From contig CAZWYM010000001.1 of the NCBI GenBank assembly GCA_964638425.1, positions 74,441 through 138,440 of the forward strand: DNA of 64,000 nt, in the 5' to 3' direction. Shown here one piece after another: positions 21,195 to 30,476 of the stretch. The notes below the pieces were generated by a model that searched no databases, was not told where the DNA came from, and worked only from the letters and a program-made list of their open reading frames with translations. The position numbers and the translations under genes were made by a program. Every line of letters begins with the position of its first letter. Within the stretch, counting starts at the first letter, position 1. Source of the DNA: an uncultured Candidatus Saccharibacteria bacterium (lineage in GTDB: Bacteria; Patescibacteriota; Minisyncoccia; Phycocordibacterales; UBA918).

Positions 21195-21465
21195 GTCAGG
21201 GACTCGTCCCGCTTTTTCTAGTTCACTTCGTTCACAAGAACGCTGGACGCGGCTCGCTGTTTCGTCGCAAGCTCCTCATATCGCTCCGCCGTTCGAGTCC
21301 CTGACTGGCTAGCAACGACAAAGGCCACAGACGTATTCACGTTTGTGGCCTGTCGATTGCTGCCAGTCAGGGACTCGAAGCTTACAGCTTCAGTTCAGGT
21401 TGTATGATATTTTCTTTCAGAAAATCTCGACAACCTCCTTAAAAGTCTCCCAGACTTTTAAGCCC
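21195..21465 (-). repeat. Orphan stack of tRNA-3'-end-associated elements (core A + core C) with tRNA-Gln-like 3' fragments
   Basis: TTCGAGTCCCTGACTGGCAGCA (minus strand) at 21358-21379, inverted copy 21291-21314, partial copy 21195-21206. Cores match 54174-54257 (A) and 55580-55634/56183-56244 (C). Confidence 0.8.
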
Positions 21466-21694
21466 CAATAAAATGCGAATGAGGCGTGTCCTAGAGCCGA
21501 ATGAGTGAGTGTGAAAGAAAATGTGTTGAGTTTCCACAGAGCGCTGGCCGTCTCGGGCTAGAACCGTAGGTGACCAAGCCCAGCTTGACGGAATCAGCTC
21601 ATTTTACACTACCTTACCGACGCGTCTCGTGCATCTCAAAAAGTGACAAAAGTGACACGGAACAGCCTGTAATAGTTACAGTCATCTGTAACTA

Positions 21695-22198
21695 TTAGTA
21701 CATACAAAGACCCGAAATAATTGGCGTTAGTACTCTATAAATACAAATAAGGTAGAACAAAACAAAGAGAATATATGCAATTATGGTCAATCTGCTTTCC
21801 CATGATGAGCCACCTTTCTCAAACCGCTTCCTATGCTCTTTGTATGCCTCCTGAAATTTTGTAATGAAATCGTAGGAGATAAAGACGAGTCCTGTACCCC
21901 ACAAGAACGTGAGGGCTTGGAGTCCTTCAGGTGTTTGGCTTTGGAGATCACAATATGTCTGTGCCATAAAAATGAGCACACCAAATCCAACGCTTGCATG
22001 TAGTAAGGCTTTGTATACTGCATAGCCAGATACAAGCATGATGACAGTGAGGACAAATCCAATGGAAGAAACAGCGACAATAGAAAGACCAGAAAGAAGT
22101 TGGTGATTGAAGTAGTTGTTGTCAGCAAATATCAGAGCAGTAAAAAGAACCGCAAAGATGAGCGGTACTAATTTCTCCTTATTAAACCCAAGTTTCAT
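21695..22198 (-). CDS. Multi-TM membrane protein, paralog of 7994-8563
   Basis: FMAQTYCDL and VLTPIISGLCMY motifs. Confidence 0.75.
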   Translation of the reverse strand: MKLGFNKEKLVPLIFAVLFTALIFADNNYFNHQLLSGLSIVAVSSIGFVLTVIMLVSGYAVYKALLHASVGFGVLIFMAQTYCDLQSQTPEGLQALTFLWGTGLVFISYDFITKFQEAYKEHRKRFEKGGSSWESRLTIIAYILFVLFYLICIYRVLTPIISGLCMY

Positions 22199-22233
22199 AA
22201 GTCCAACTATACGCCCACAATACGAGTCTGCAA

Positions 22234-22890
22234 CTATACCCATTCTTCGGCCCGAGCATATTCAATCCTTGTTTTTGCGCCATCGAGTATCTTGTCATCG
22301 AGGGAGACTAGCGGTGGTTTCCCTCTCGCTGAGTACTCCAAGGTCTTGAATAGGTACCCCAGAAACGATCCTGTGTATCTACAGCACCGAATGCAACATC
22401 GTATTTTGTCGGGCACCTCGTCCTCATATCCTTTCCAACGATACATTTGTGGGTAACGATCTATCCAGTCGTCAGTAATGAATGTCACCCACTTTATAAG
22501 TTCCTCTTGAGCGCAGACGTTACCCCTTTGACCCAATCGCACCAAACGAATCACCATGCGATCTTGAATGTGTTTGTCGCGGTCATCTGCTGGCGAAAGA
22601 AAAACATACAATTTCTCTTTATATCTCTCAAGGATCAAGTCAACTTCTGTCTGACGTCGGTACGGTCGTGCCTGTTTATATCGATAGCGAATCCATCTTT
22701 TTTGATACTCACGGGAAATGTGACGAGTTAAAGAGTCCCAATCAATACTATTGTTTTCGTTACGTAAGTTCTGTCGTGCATATTGGTACACAGGTTTTGC
22801 ATGTATAAAAATCCACGAGCTAGTGAGTGCCGGTGGTTGCTTCTCGTCAAGAGCCTGATTAAGTAATGCAATAGCGGTACAAAAATCCAT
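22234..22890 (-). CDS. Hypothetical basic protein (possibly DNA-binding)
   Basis: ORF in the caspase operon; ATG (MDFC) at 22890. Confidence 0.6.
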   Translation of the reverse strand: MDFCTAIALLNQALDEKQPPALTSSWIFIHAKPVYQYARQNLRNENNSIDWDSLTRHISREYQKRWIRYRYKQARPYRRQTEVDLILERYKEKLYVFLSPADDRDKHIQDRMVIRLVRLGQRGNVCAQEELIKWVTFITDDWIDRYPQMYRWKGYEDEVPDKIRCCIRCCRYTGSFLGYLFKTLEYSARGKPPLVSLDDKILDGAKTRIEYARAEEWV

Positions 22891-22909
22891 AAGTGCCCAT
22901 TTGGGACAC

Positions 22910-23857
22910 TTATATTTTACCTTCTGAAACAAGTCTCCAATAGTGGTATCCGAGAGCCGTTAACTTACAGGATTTTGAGTTTTGAGCTGCGTAATACATG
23001 TGTTCTTCCCCGACAGGGACAACTAGTCCAATGCTCACAAATTTCTGTAAATTTTTAAGGACAGCAACCTTTTCAGGTATGGCAATATCTTTATTATCAA
23101 ACTCATACGTAGGGTCTAATGCGTATTCTTGTTCAGGCGTTGGAAAATACTCTGTTATTTTTCTAAGCGTCTCTGTAGGAACAGGAGGATTTATAGTTCT
23201 CAATGAAGTGAATCTAGTTACATTAGTCTTAAAGACTGGACGTTGATCCCAAGGACCAAGCGCTTGATCAATGTAAGCATAAACACTTCCAGGAGTTATA
23301 TGACCCCTTAAGTCGGCGGCACCTCCTTGCAATGCATCAATAAGCAAACTAGTAAAAATTCCATGACCATTAATCTCCAAAGCAACTTCGCTATCACGAC
23401 TGGCAGTTAGAACAACTACACCTTCAATAATTTGAGTTGTCGGTGCGGTAGTTCCTGTAGTGACAGGTGAACCAAATGAACCTGAATGACAACAGTCAAG
23501 AATGATTATCTTGTCCTTTGATTTAGATTGGTTTGCAATAGTAAGAATTTGATCCATCGAAACACCCTCATCATTTAGTTTGTAATCTGGGGTTACTAAG
23601 TAACCACCAAGAGTGTTCAGGTACCCATGACCTGAAAAATATAAGAGGGCAATATCGCTATCGCCAGCAAAAAGCTCTTTAATCGCCGTCATAAGATCAG
23701 ATTTTGTTGGAACATCAGTCTCAAGTCTGACATCGAAGTTAGGTGATCCATCACCATTCTTGCTGATAGTATTTGCAAAAGCTGAAGCGTCATTAATGCA
23801 CCCTGTTAGAGGCGATTGTGGGTAGTTATTAATCCCAACTACAAGCGCTTTTCTCAT
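22910..23857 (-). CDS. Caspase-like protease (peptidase C14)
   Basis: KALVVGINNY, LTGCINDA, YFSGHG (His), ILDCCHSG (Cys). Confidence 0.93.
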   Translation of the reverse strand: MRKALVVGINNYPQSPLTGCINDASAFANTISKNGDGSPNFDVRLETDVPTKSDLMTAIKELFAGDSDIALLYFSGHGYLNTLGGYLVTPDYKLNDEGVSMDQILTIANQSKSKDKIIILDCCHSGSFGSPVTTGTTAPTTQIIEGVVVLTASRDSEVALEINGHGIFTSLLIDALQGGAADLRGHITPGSVYAYIDQALGPWDQRPVFKTNVTRFTSLRTINPPVPTETLRKITEYFPTPEQEYALDPTYEFDNKDIAIPEKVAVLKNLQKFVSIGLVVPVGEEHMYYAAQNSKSCKLTALGYHYWRLVSEGKI

Positions 23858-23858
23858 A

Positions 23859-24230
23859 CTACAGTTTGTTGATGAATGACTTTATATTGTCCCAATTCCA
23901 AACATTAACAAGACGACCATTCAAAGAAGATGGAAGCATAGGTCTATCTGAACCTGTATACATAAGCATTACTGGTACTTTTTCTTCGTTCGCAGTCTTA
24001 ATTTCATACAATTCACCAGTCGCCCGTGGTGTGTTGTTACTGATAAGCGCAATCATTCCGTCACAACCCTTAATTTTTGTTCGACATTTAGACTCCCAAT
24101 CTGTTTCCCACGGTGTTTTTACGGACATATCTACAAACTCAAATGGTGAGTTGTCATTTTTTGCTTGACCTACAAGAAAGTCACGGAACTTTTTGTCTTC
24201 AACAGCGAATGCAATAAATATTCTTTTCAT
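23859..24230 (-). CDS. TIR-domain protein (ThsB/MTH538-like)
   Basis: KRIFIAFAVED, DMSVK.PW, IKGCDGMIALIS, GELYEI (catalytic Glu); 1 bp from the caspase gene. Confidence 0.85.
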   Translation of the reverse strand: MKRIFIAFAVEDKKFRDFLVGQAKNDNSPFEFVDMSVKTPWETDWESKCRTKIKGCDGMIALISNNTPRATGELYEIKTANEEKVPVMLMYTGSDRPMLPSSLNGRLVNVWNWDNIKSFINKL

Positions 24231-24251
24231 AATATGTTGTGGTTAAATCAA

Positions 24252-24491
24252 TTAATGTTTTGTATCTTTCGGTGGGTTTGGGTCCTTGCCGTAACTATCC
24301 TTGTCGGTAATCGTTCCGTCTCTTTTATGTATCACATGCTCAACTTGTCTAGACCTCGCCTCTTTTATTGATTTATCAATGGCCGTTTCTTTGGTATGAG
24401 AACTTACGACCGGTTTCGATTGATTTTCGACTTTGGTTTCCCACATACTTCTATCCTTATTGTATACGGTATGAATATTTCTTTTGGTCAT
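24252..24491 (-). CDS. DUF2188 family protein
   Basis: HTKETAI...IHKRDGTI...SYGKDPNPPKD. Confidence 0.88.
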   Translation of the reverse strand: MTKRNIHTVYNKDRSMWETKVENQSKPVVSSHTKETAIDKSIKEARSRQVEHVIHKRDGTITDKDSYGKDPNPPKDTKH

Positions 24492-24496
24492 AATAT

Positions 24497-25114
24497 TTAA
24501 TACAGATCTGATGGAAGTATCGCAACAACAACTCCTTGGATCTGACAATTATCGGTTAATATGATTGGTCTATACGTTTTATTGGATGATTTTGGTCTTA
24601 GGATCACCGCACCATCAGCTCTTTCAAAGTATTTGAGAGTTGTCTCATCATTGATGAGGGCAACAACTTTATCTCCAGTCTCTGCTGACTCTTGCTGTCG
24701 AATGAGTAGAAGGTCACCACTATTGATACCAGCAAGATTCATCGAGTCGCCCATAGCACGCAAAAGAAAATAAGTAGAACCACTTCTCGCCATCTCAGTT
24801 GAGACTGGAATGTAGTCTAAAATATTTTCCTCGGCTAGCATTGGAGTACCACACGTCACTGCACCTACTAGGGGTACGTCAATCGTGTTAACTGAATTAT
24901 TGAGCCTCGGGGATGTTAAGACGAGACTTCGCCCGCTTCGCTTCACAAGTCCTGCTTTTTCTAAGCGATCAATTACTAGACTGGCTGATCGGGGTGATTT
25001 ACCGCCAGTAACCTCATTGATCTCCTGTAGGGTAGGGCTTTTGCCATACGTAGTAATCTTGTTGCGGATAAGTCCAAGGGCTTTCTTGTCTTTGTCACTG
25101 AGATTATTTATCAT
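24497..25114 (-). CDS. lexA: LexA-like S24 repressor
   Basis: SPTLQEI wHTH, VPLVGAVTCG cleavage site, GDSM (Ser), TLK (Lys). Confidence 0.85.
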   Translation of the reverse strand: MINNLSDKDKKALGLIRNKITTYGKSPTLQEINEVTGGKSPRSASLVIDRLEKAGLVKRSGRSLVLTSPRLNNSVNTIDVPLVGAVTCGTPMLAEENILDYIPVSTEMARSGSTYFLLRAMGDSMNLAGINSGDLLLIRQQESAETGDKVVALINDETTLKYFERADGAVILRPKSSNKTYRPIILTDNCQIQGVVVAILPSDLY

Positions 25115-25124
25115 GGTATAAATA

Positions 25125-25142
25125 GTATAACAAATGCTATAC
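25125..25142. promoter_or_regulatory. Back-to-back extended -10 boxes / possible operator between divergent genes
   Basis: gtataaca-aa-tgctatac reads TGTTATACT on the minus strand and TGCTATACA on the plus strand. Confidence 0.45.
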
Positions 25143-25174
25143 AATCCAGCAAACAGTGCTAAAATTAGGATACT

Positions 25175-25843
25175 ATGAGTAATGAATCAGAGAAAGAATA
25201 CAAAGTACAGATACCTGAGAGTCTACTCTCTTTCACGCAGTTTCCTGATCTCTCTGCTATTCAAAAGTCACTTAAGCCAATTTTTGAACAACGTGAGACT
25301 TTTCTAAATTTAGCTAAAAGTATGAAGCCAATTGCAGATATGGCTGTACAACTCCAGAAGCGGTACAAGCAACATAATTCTCTTACACGTGAAATGGTTA
25401 TTCCGTATCACCGACCTGTTGAGTACAAAATTTTGGATGAGCTGAGAAGCATCAATGAAAACCAACAAGAGATAACCAAAAATCAGCAAGCTATACTTGA
25501 TCTCCGTGAAGATGGTGTCGATTGTATCATTTATGATGTGGGGGATGGATCACTCTCACATGTGCTGGGTGGGAGTAATTTTTCGTACGACATGACGAGT
25601 GATGGAAAACGAAAGCAAATGTTTGAGATACTGTTTCGGACTAGGAAGTATGTAAATACAAATGACTTAAAGGAGTCATTGGGGTGTCCGTCAACACAAG
25701 CGGTGGCAAAGATTGTACAGACGTTTAATGCCTACGCGAGTGACATGCTTCGGCTTAACGGTGAAAAACTTATTCAAGGGAGGAAAGGTTCTGGCTATCG
25801 AATTAATCCGAAAATAAGAGTTGAGAGCAGTCGAAATTATTAG
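25175..25843 (+). CDS. Hypothetical protein with C-terminal winged helix
   Basis: C-terminal IQGRKGSGYRIN wing motif. Confidence 0.65.
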   Translation: MSNESEKEYKVQIPESLLSFTQFPDLSAIQKSLKPIFEQRETFLNLAKSMKPIADMAVQLQKRYKQHNSLTREMVIPYHRPVEYKILDELRSINENQQEITKNQQAILDLREDGVDCIIYDVGDGSLSHVLGGSNFSYDMTSDGKRKQMFEILFRTRKYVNTNDLKESLGCPSTQAVAKIVQTFNAYASDMLRLNGEKLIQGRKGSGYRINPKIRVESSRNY

Positions 25844-25871
25844 GTGGACATCAAGGTGAGTGGATAATACA

Positions 25872-25902
25872 GAAAACAGCCTTTTAAAATAAGGCTGTTT
25901 TC
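25872..25902. terminator. Hairpin
   Basis: gaaaacagcctt...aaggctgttttc. Confidence 0.55.
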
Positions 25903-25985
25903 ATTTATCGACTCCATCTGGTGTCTATTACGTGACTAGGTATCTATTTGCTTTGATAGAGCCATATCAACATAAGCAAGTAGTT

Positions 25986-27269
25986 ATGAAGAAACTAATT
26001 TGGCATACCGCACAGAAACGAGTGAACGATCTTGTTCCGCAAGAAATTAATCCCCGCAAGATCACTGACGTACAGATGAAGGCTCTAACTGTGAGTCTGA
26101 GGAAATTTAATCTAGTGGAAATACCAGCTATTGATGCTGACGGTACTATCCTCGCTGGACACCAGCGTATCAAGGCACTCCAGCTCTTGGGTCGAGGAGA
26201 AGAGTTAATTGACGTACGAGTACCAAACCGCAAACTCACTAAAAAGGAGTCAAAGCAGTATCTCATCGGCTCAAACAAGCTTGGTGGCTATTGGGACTAT
26301 GATCTTCTCAAGGCGTTCGATATGGACACTTTGTCTTTTGCTGGCTTTGAGTCAATGGAACTAGCGAAGTTTTGGGATGAGGACAACGCTACCAAGGATG
26401 ATGACTTCAATGTAGAGAAGGAGCTAAAGAAGATTGTTATCCCAAAGACTAAGCTCGGCGATATTATCCATCTCGGACGGCATAAGCTCATTTGTGGTGA
26501 CTCCACAAAACCTGAAACTCTTGCACGACTCTTTGGTAATGAACGAGCGTCGATGATTTATTCAGATCCAGTGTACAACATAAAAATTAATTACGACGGT
26601 GGTATTGGTGGCAAAAAAGATTATGGTGGCAATGTCAATGATTCTCGTACCTTTGAGGAATACAAGACATTCATCAAAGATAGCTTGAGTTCCGCACTAG
26701 CAGTCTCAGACCCGAATACTCACGTCTTCTACTACTGCGATCAAATCTATATAGGACTGATTCAGGAGGTATACCGATCACTAGGTATTGCCAATAAGCG
26801 AGTGTGTTTGTGGCTTAAAAATTCTCAAAATCCTGTCCCGAAAGTATTTTGTAACAAGGCATATGAGCCTGCTGTTTACGGTGTGCGTGGTAAACCTTAT
26901 CTCGCAGGTAGTATTCAGGATTTAAACGAAGTTCTCAATAAAGAGTTTGGAACTGGTAATGAACTAGTTGCACAAGTTGATAGCTTTCTTGAAATATGGA
27001 CTGCCAAACGACTCTCTGCTAAAGACTATCAGCACGCTACGTCTAAACCCATCACACTCCACGAGAAAGCGATTAAACGCTGTACCAAACCAAACGACAT
27101 TATCCTCGATAGCTTCCTTGGTTCTGGTAGTACGCTTCTTGCCGCTGAACAGCTGGGTCGTCGAGTGTATGGCTGTGATCTTGAACCGAGATTTTGCGAT
27201 CTCATCATTAACCGCTTTGAAGCTCTGACTGGCACAAAGGTAACTGTTGAACACTATGAAGAAAAATAA
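25986..27269 (+). CDS. ParB-N fused N4/N6 DNA methyltransferase (phage type)
   Basis: NPRKI...ILAGHQR ParB-like; SDPVYN catalytic variant; HATSKP; DSFLGSGST SAM motif. Confidence 0.9.
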   Translation: MKKLIWHTAQKRVNDLVPQEINPRKITDVQMKALTVSLRKFNLVEIPAIDADGTILAGHQRIKALQLLGRGEELIDVRVPNRKLTKKESKQYLIGSNKLGGYWDYDLLKAFDMDTLSFAGFESMELAKFWDEDNATKDDDFNVEKELKKIVIPKTKLGDIIHLGRHKLICGDSTKPETLARLFGNERASMIYSDPVYNIKINYDGGIGGKKDYGGNVNDSRTFEEYKTFIKDSLSSALAVSDPNTHVFYYCDQIYIGLIQEVYRSLGIANKRVCLWLKNSQNPVPKVFCNKAYEPAVYGVRGKPYLAGSIQDLNEVLNKEFGTGNELVAQVDSFLEIWTAKRLSAKDYQHATSKPITLHEKAIKRCTKPNDIILDSFLGSGSTLLAAEQLGRRVYGCDLEPRFCDLIINRFEALTGTKVTVEHYEEK

Positions 27270-27669
27270 ATACCAAGAGCAGTTTCTCCTAGAGCTAGCC
27301 AAAGTACCGATTGTTCAAGTTGCGTGCGAAAAAACAGACTTATCACGCAATACGATATACCGTTGGCGGAAAGAAGACGTTTCGTTTGCTAAGAAAATGG
27401 ATCAAGCACTAGCTGATGGCGTGGCTTTGGTAAATGACATGGGTGAAAGCCAGCTTCTTACCCTGATTAAGGAAAAGAACTTCCCAGCGGTGCGCTTTTG
27501 GCTCAATAAACGTCATCCAGCATACAAAGACAAAATTGAAGTTACGACTAAAGAGGATATTGAAGCACTAACGCCGTCACAGGCAAAGATTGTAAGGCGA
27601 GCTCTTAAGCTCGCTTCAATTACCAAAACCACTTCCATTAAAAAGATAAATACTAAACATCATGAATAA
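27256..27669 (+). CDS. HTH protein, probable small terminase
   Basis: ACEKTDLSRNTIYRWRKED HTH; overlaps the terL start. Confidence 0.7.
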   Translation: MKKNKYQEQFLLELAKVPIVQVACEKTDLSRNTIYRWRKEDVSFAKKMDQALADGVALVNDMGESQLLTLIKEKNFPAVRFWLNKRHPAYKDKIEVTTKEDIEALTPSQAKIVRRALKLASITKTTSIKKINTKHHE

Positions 27670-29152
27670 AATTATTCCCAACGCACTGGTGAACAAGATG
27701 CTGAAAGACCGTCTGATCCGTACATCTATCACCAAAGACAGTTTCCTCTACTTCTTCCACTTCTACTACGCCCACTACGTGAAGTACGAAACGGCAGACT
27801 TCCAAAAAGAAATTATTCACCATCTTGAAAGTAGTCCTACTGAGAACTTCTACGTTGTCGCTTTTCGTGGATCAGGTAAATCCACAATGGTTACCACCGC
27901 CTATCCAATATGGGCAATCCTCGGTAAACAACAAAAGAAGTTCTGCATTATCTTCTGTCAGACACGGGCACAGGCGAAGCAACACATGATGAACATCCGC
28001 ACTGAGCTTGAGGGAAACGATCTGCTTAAAAAAGATCTTGGTCCGTTCCAAGAAGAGAGTGATGAATGGGGTTCGCATTCACTAGTATTCAGAAAACATG
28101 GTGCTCGGATTACGGTTGCTTCGAGCGATCAGAGTATTCGTGGACTCCGCCATAACGAACACCGACCCGACCTTATCATTTGTGACGACGTTGAGGATGT
28201 ACAATCTACCAAGACTCGCGAAGGTCGGGAGAAAACCTATAACTGGCTTCGAGGTGAAGTAATTCCATCAGGTGATAAAAAGACTCGGCTAATTATTGTT
28301 GGAAACCTTCTCCATGAAGATTCTCTTCTCATGCGTATTAAAGAGGAGATTGGAAAAGGAAAAGCCAAGGGAGTATTCAAGGAGTACCCGCTTCTCGATA
28401 AAAATGATGTCTGTCTTTGGACTGGGAAATACATGGACGTAAAAGATATCGAGGACGAGAAGCTCAAAGTTGCGAGTGATATCTCGTGGCAACGTGAGTA
28501 TCTCCTTCGAATTATTCCAGCAGAAGATCAGGTTATCTATCATGATTGGATACAGTACTACGATGAACTTCCTCCAGTGAGTCATCGTGCTTTTCGTGGT
28601 CGGTATGCAGCCGTTGACTTGGCTATATCTGAAAAAGATTCAGCAGACTATACCGCTCTTGTGTCGGCGCACATTTATGGACGACGAGAGAAGTTGCGCA
28701 TATACATTCTCCCCAATCCAATAAATAAGCGACTCAATTTTCCAGCACAAGTCGATTTGCTAAAAGACTACAAACTTACCTATATGCCGAGTAGCTATGA
28801 TCTTATGTTTGTAGAGAGTGTTGCGTATCAAGAAGCACTTCCGCAGATGCTTGAGCTACACGGGATTGACGCTGAAGCCATAAAGCCAAAAGGTGATAAG
28901 CGAACACGATTATCGCTCACTTCGACTTCAATAAAGGCAGGTGTCATTAAGTTTCCTCGGCAGGGATGCGAGCGCTTGATAGAACAATTGGTTGGATTTG
29001 GAGTCGAAAAACACGACGATCTGGCAGATGCGTTTTCACTGCTCGTAAATGCTACACTTAAAAAACATATGGACGAATCTACGTGGTTAATGGCAAGTAT
29101 GGAGAGTACTCTTTTCTACAGTGACTATATTGATGTTGAAACAGGTAAATAA
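27662..29152 (+). CDS. terL: Terminase large subunit-like ATPase/nuclease
   Basis: AFRGSGKST Walker A, IRGLR, LIICDDVED Walker B, AVDLAIS, HDDLADA RNase H-fold motif. Confidence 0.88.
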   Translation: MNKIIPNALVNKMLKDRLIRTSITKDSFLYFFHFYYAHYVKYETADFQKEIIHHLESSPTENFYVVAFRGSGKSTMVTTAYPIWAILGKQQKKFCIIFCQTRAQAKQHMMNIRTELEGNDLLKKDLGPFQEESDEWGSHSLVFRKHGARITVASSDQSIRGLRHNEHRPDLIICDDVEDVQSTKTREGREKTYNWLRGEVIPSGDKKTRLIIVGNLLHEDSLLMRIKEEIGKGKAKGVFKEYPLLDKNDVCLWTGKYMDVKDIEDEKLKVASDISWQREYLLRIIPAEDQVIYHDWIQYYDELPPVSHRAFRGRYAAVDLAISEKDSADYTALVSAHIYGRREKLRIYILPNPINKRLNFPAQVDLLKDYKLTYMPSSYDLMFVESVAYQEALPQMLELHGIDAEAIKPKGDKRTRLSLTSTSIKAGVIKFPRQGCERLIEQLVGFGVEKHDDLADAFSLLVNATLKKHMDESTWLMASMESTLFYSDYIDVETGK

Positions 29153-29157
29153 CGTGG

Positions 29158-30138
29158 TTACTCACACTGCGGACTCTTTGTTCGTTGGTATGAAGCAAGG
29201 AGTTCCTCAAGTGAGTTAAAGGATTTAAGATTTGAAGCACTGAGACTTTTCCAGCCATCACAATCTTCAGGATAGTAGTATTTCGCACTGTAATGTGAGG
29301 AAGTGTAGTATTTCGTTCCAGAAGTATTTGATACTGGAACGGCTGTATTTGTCTGTGTGTCCGTCTCAACCGCTGTTCCCGTAAGCGGATCACCGTCACA
29401 TGTATTCGATGACCATAATCCTTTTTCGGAGCTACGTGCACTTTCTTGTGCCGATTTAAATTCTGCCTGATATTTATACGCTACGTTGTATGTGTACTCA
29501 TACGCATATCCTTCTGTAATCATGTGTTTGTTGAAGAAAAGTCCATCATCTCGAAATACATACACAAGGAGTCGTCCATATTTATCACGAGTATCTTGCG
29601 TGGAGTCAGATTCAATACGCACACTCTTTCCTAAAAGGAGCTGTTTTGCCATGTTAGATGCTTCTTTTCCAAAACACTGCACGGGCTTTCGTGGATCAAC
29701 TGTTTCAGGCGTATCAATACCAATGAGTCGGAGTGTTTCAATGACTCCGTCTTTACGAATTTTAATAGTATCTCCATCAACGACATCAGTAATTGAATAA
29801 GTATCACCGTTTGTAACGGGTTGTTCTGTTGGAGTAATTTGAGAGGTGTTGTCGCCAGTTTGAACATTTGTATTTAAAACAGCTGGTGAGTCGGTACTTT
29901 CCAATACTTGTTCTTGCTGTGTTTCTCCCTCACTTAAAATGGATTCTGATTCAGTTACTTGCGTCTCAATGATTTTGTTCTCGCTCAATTCTCTCGGTTG
30001 TGTCGGTTCACCAAAAATATTTCCTATGAGACCGATTATAAAAAGAGTAATAAGTGCCAAATATATTGGATGTCGTTTCATCCATCGTATATACGATTTC
30101 TCTGCACCTGAGGTGCTTTGTGTTTGATCTGTATTCAT
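29158..30138 (-). CDS. Membrane-anchored thermonuclease (SNase-like)
   Basis: VVDGDTI, RLIGIDTPE, DKYGRLLVY, EKGLWS. Confidence 0.92.
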   Translation of the reverse strand: MNTDQTQSTSGAEKSYIRWMKRHPIYLALITLFIIGLIGNIFGEPTQPRELSENKIIETQVTESESILSEGETQQEQVLESTDSPAVLNTNVQTGDNTSQITPTEQPVTNGDTYSITDVVDGDTIKIRKDGVIETLRLIGIDTPETVDPRKPVQCFGKEASNMAKQLLLGKSVRIESDSTQDTRDKYGRLLVYVFRDDGLFFNKHMITEGYAYEYTYNVAYKYQAEFKSAQESARSSEKGLWSSNTCDGDPLTGTAVETDTQTNTAVPVSNTSGTKYYTSSHYSAKYYYPEDCDGWKSLSASNLKSFNSLEELLASYQRTKSPQCE

Positions 30139-30142
30139 AATG

Positions 30143-30285
30143 TGCTTGATAGGACTTAAATTTAAAGTAGCGAGATACAAAAAGCCCGCCACGGGTAGAG
30201 GGCGAACCCTCTCGTACCAGTTTCCCGATACGGCCTATCAAGCAACCCCATGACGGGTTTTTTATGCTTGATAGGACTTTTCGCC
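30143..30285 (-). promoter_or_regulatory. Structured leader (attenuator/translation switch) of the thermonuclease gene
   Basis: tgcttgataggactt at 30143-30157 and 30265-30279; complement cctatcaagca at 30234-30244; terminator-like arms. Confidence 0.6.
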
Positions 30286-30476
30286 ATGCCTCGGATAACT
30301 CTGAGGTTTAGGCTACTTCTATATATTCTGTTGTTGCACAATGATAACAGATTTTGCTACCGATTTACACCTTAACGCACAGATGCTGTTTTGTTAAGAG
30401 TATGACGCGAGTATGCGTCGTTTATCTAGTTCTGCATAGACTATGCACCACTGATGGTTCTGTCATTAATGGTCGT

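Noticed and set aside
21291-21379. Intact tRNA gene
   Set aside because: Only T-loop/acceptor fragments are present, with no D or anticodon arm.
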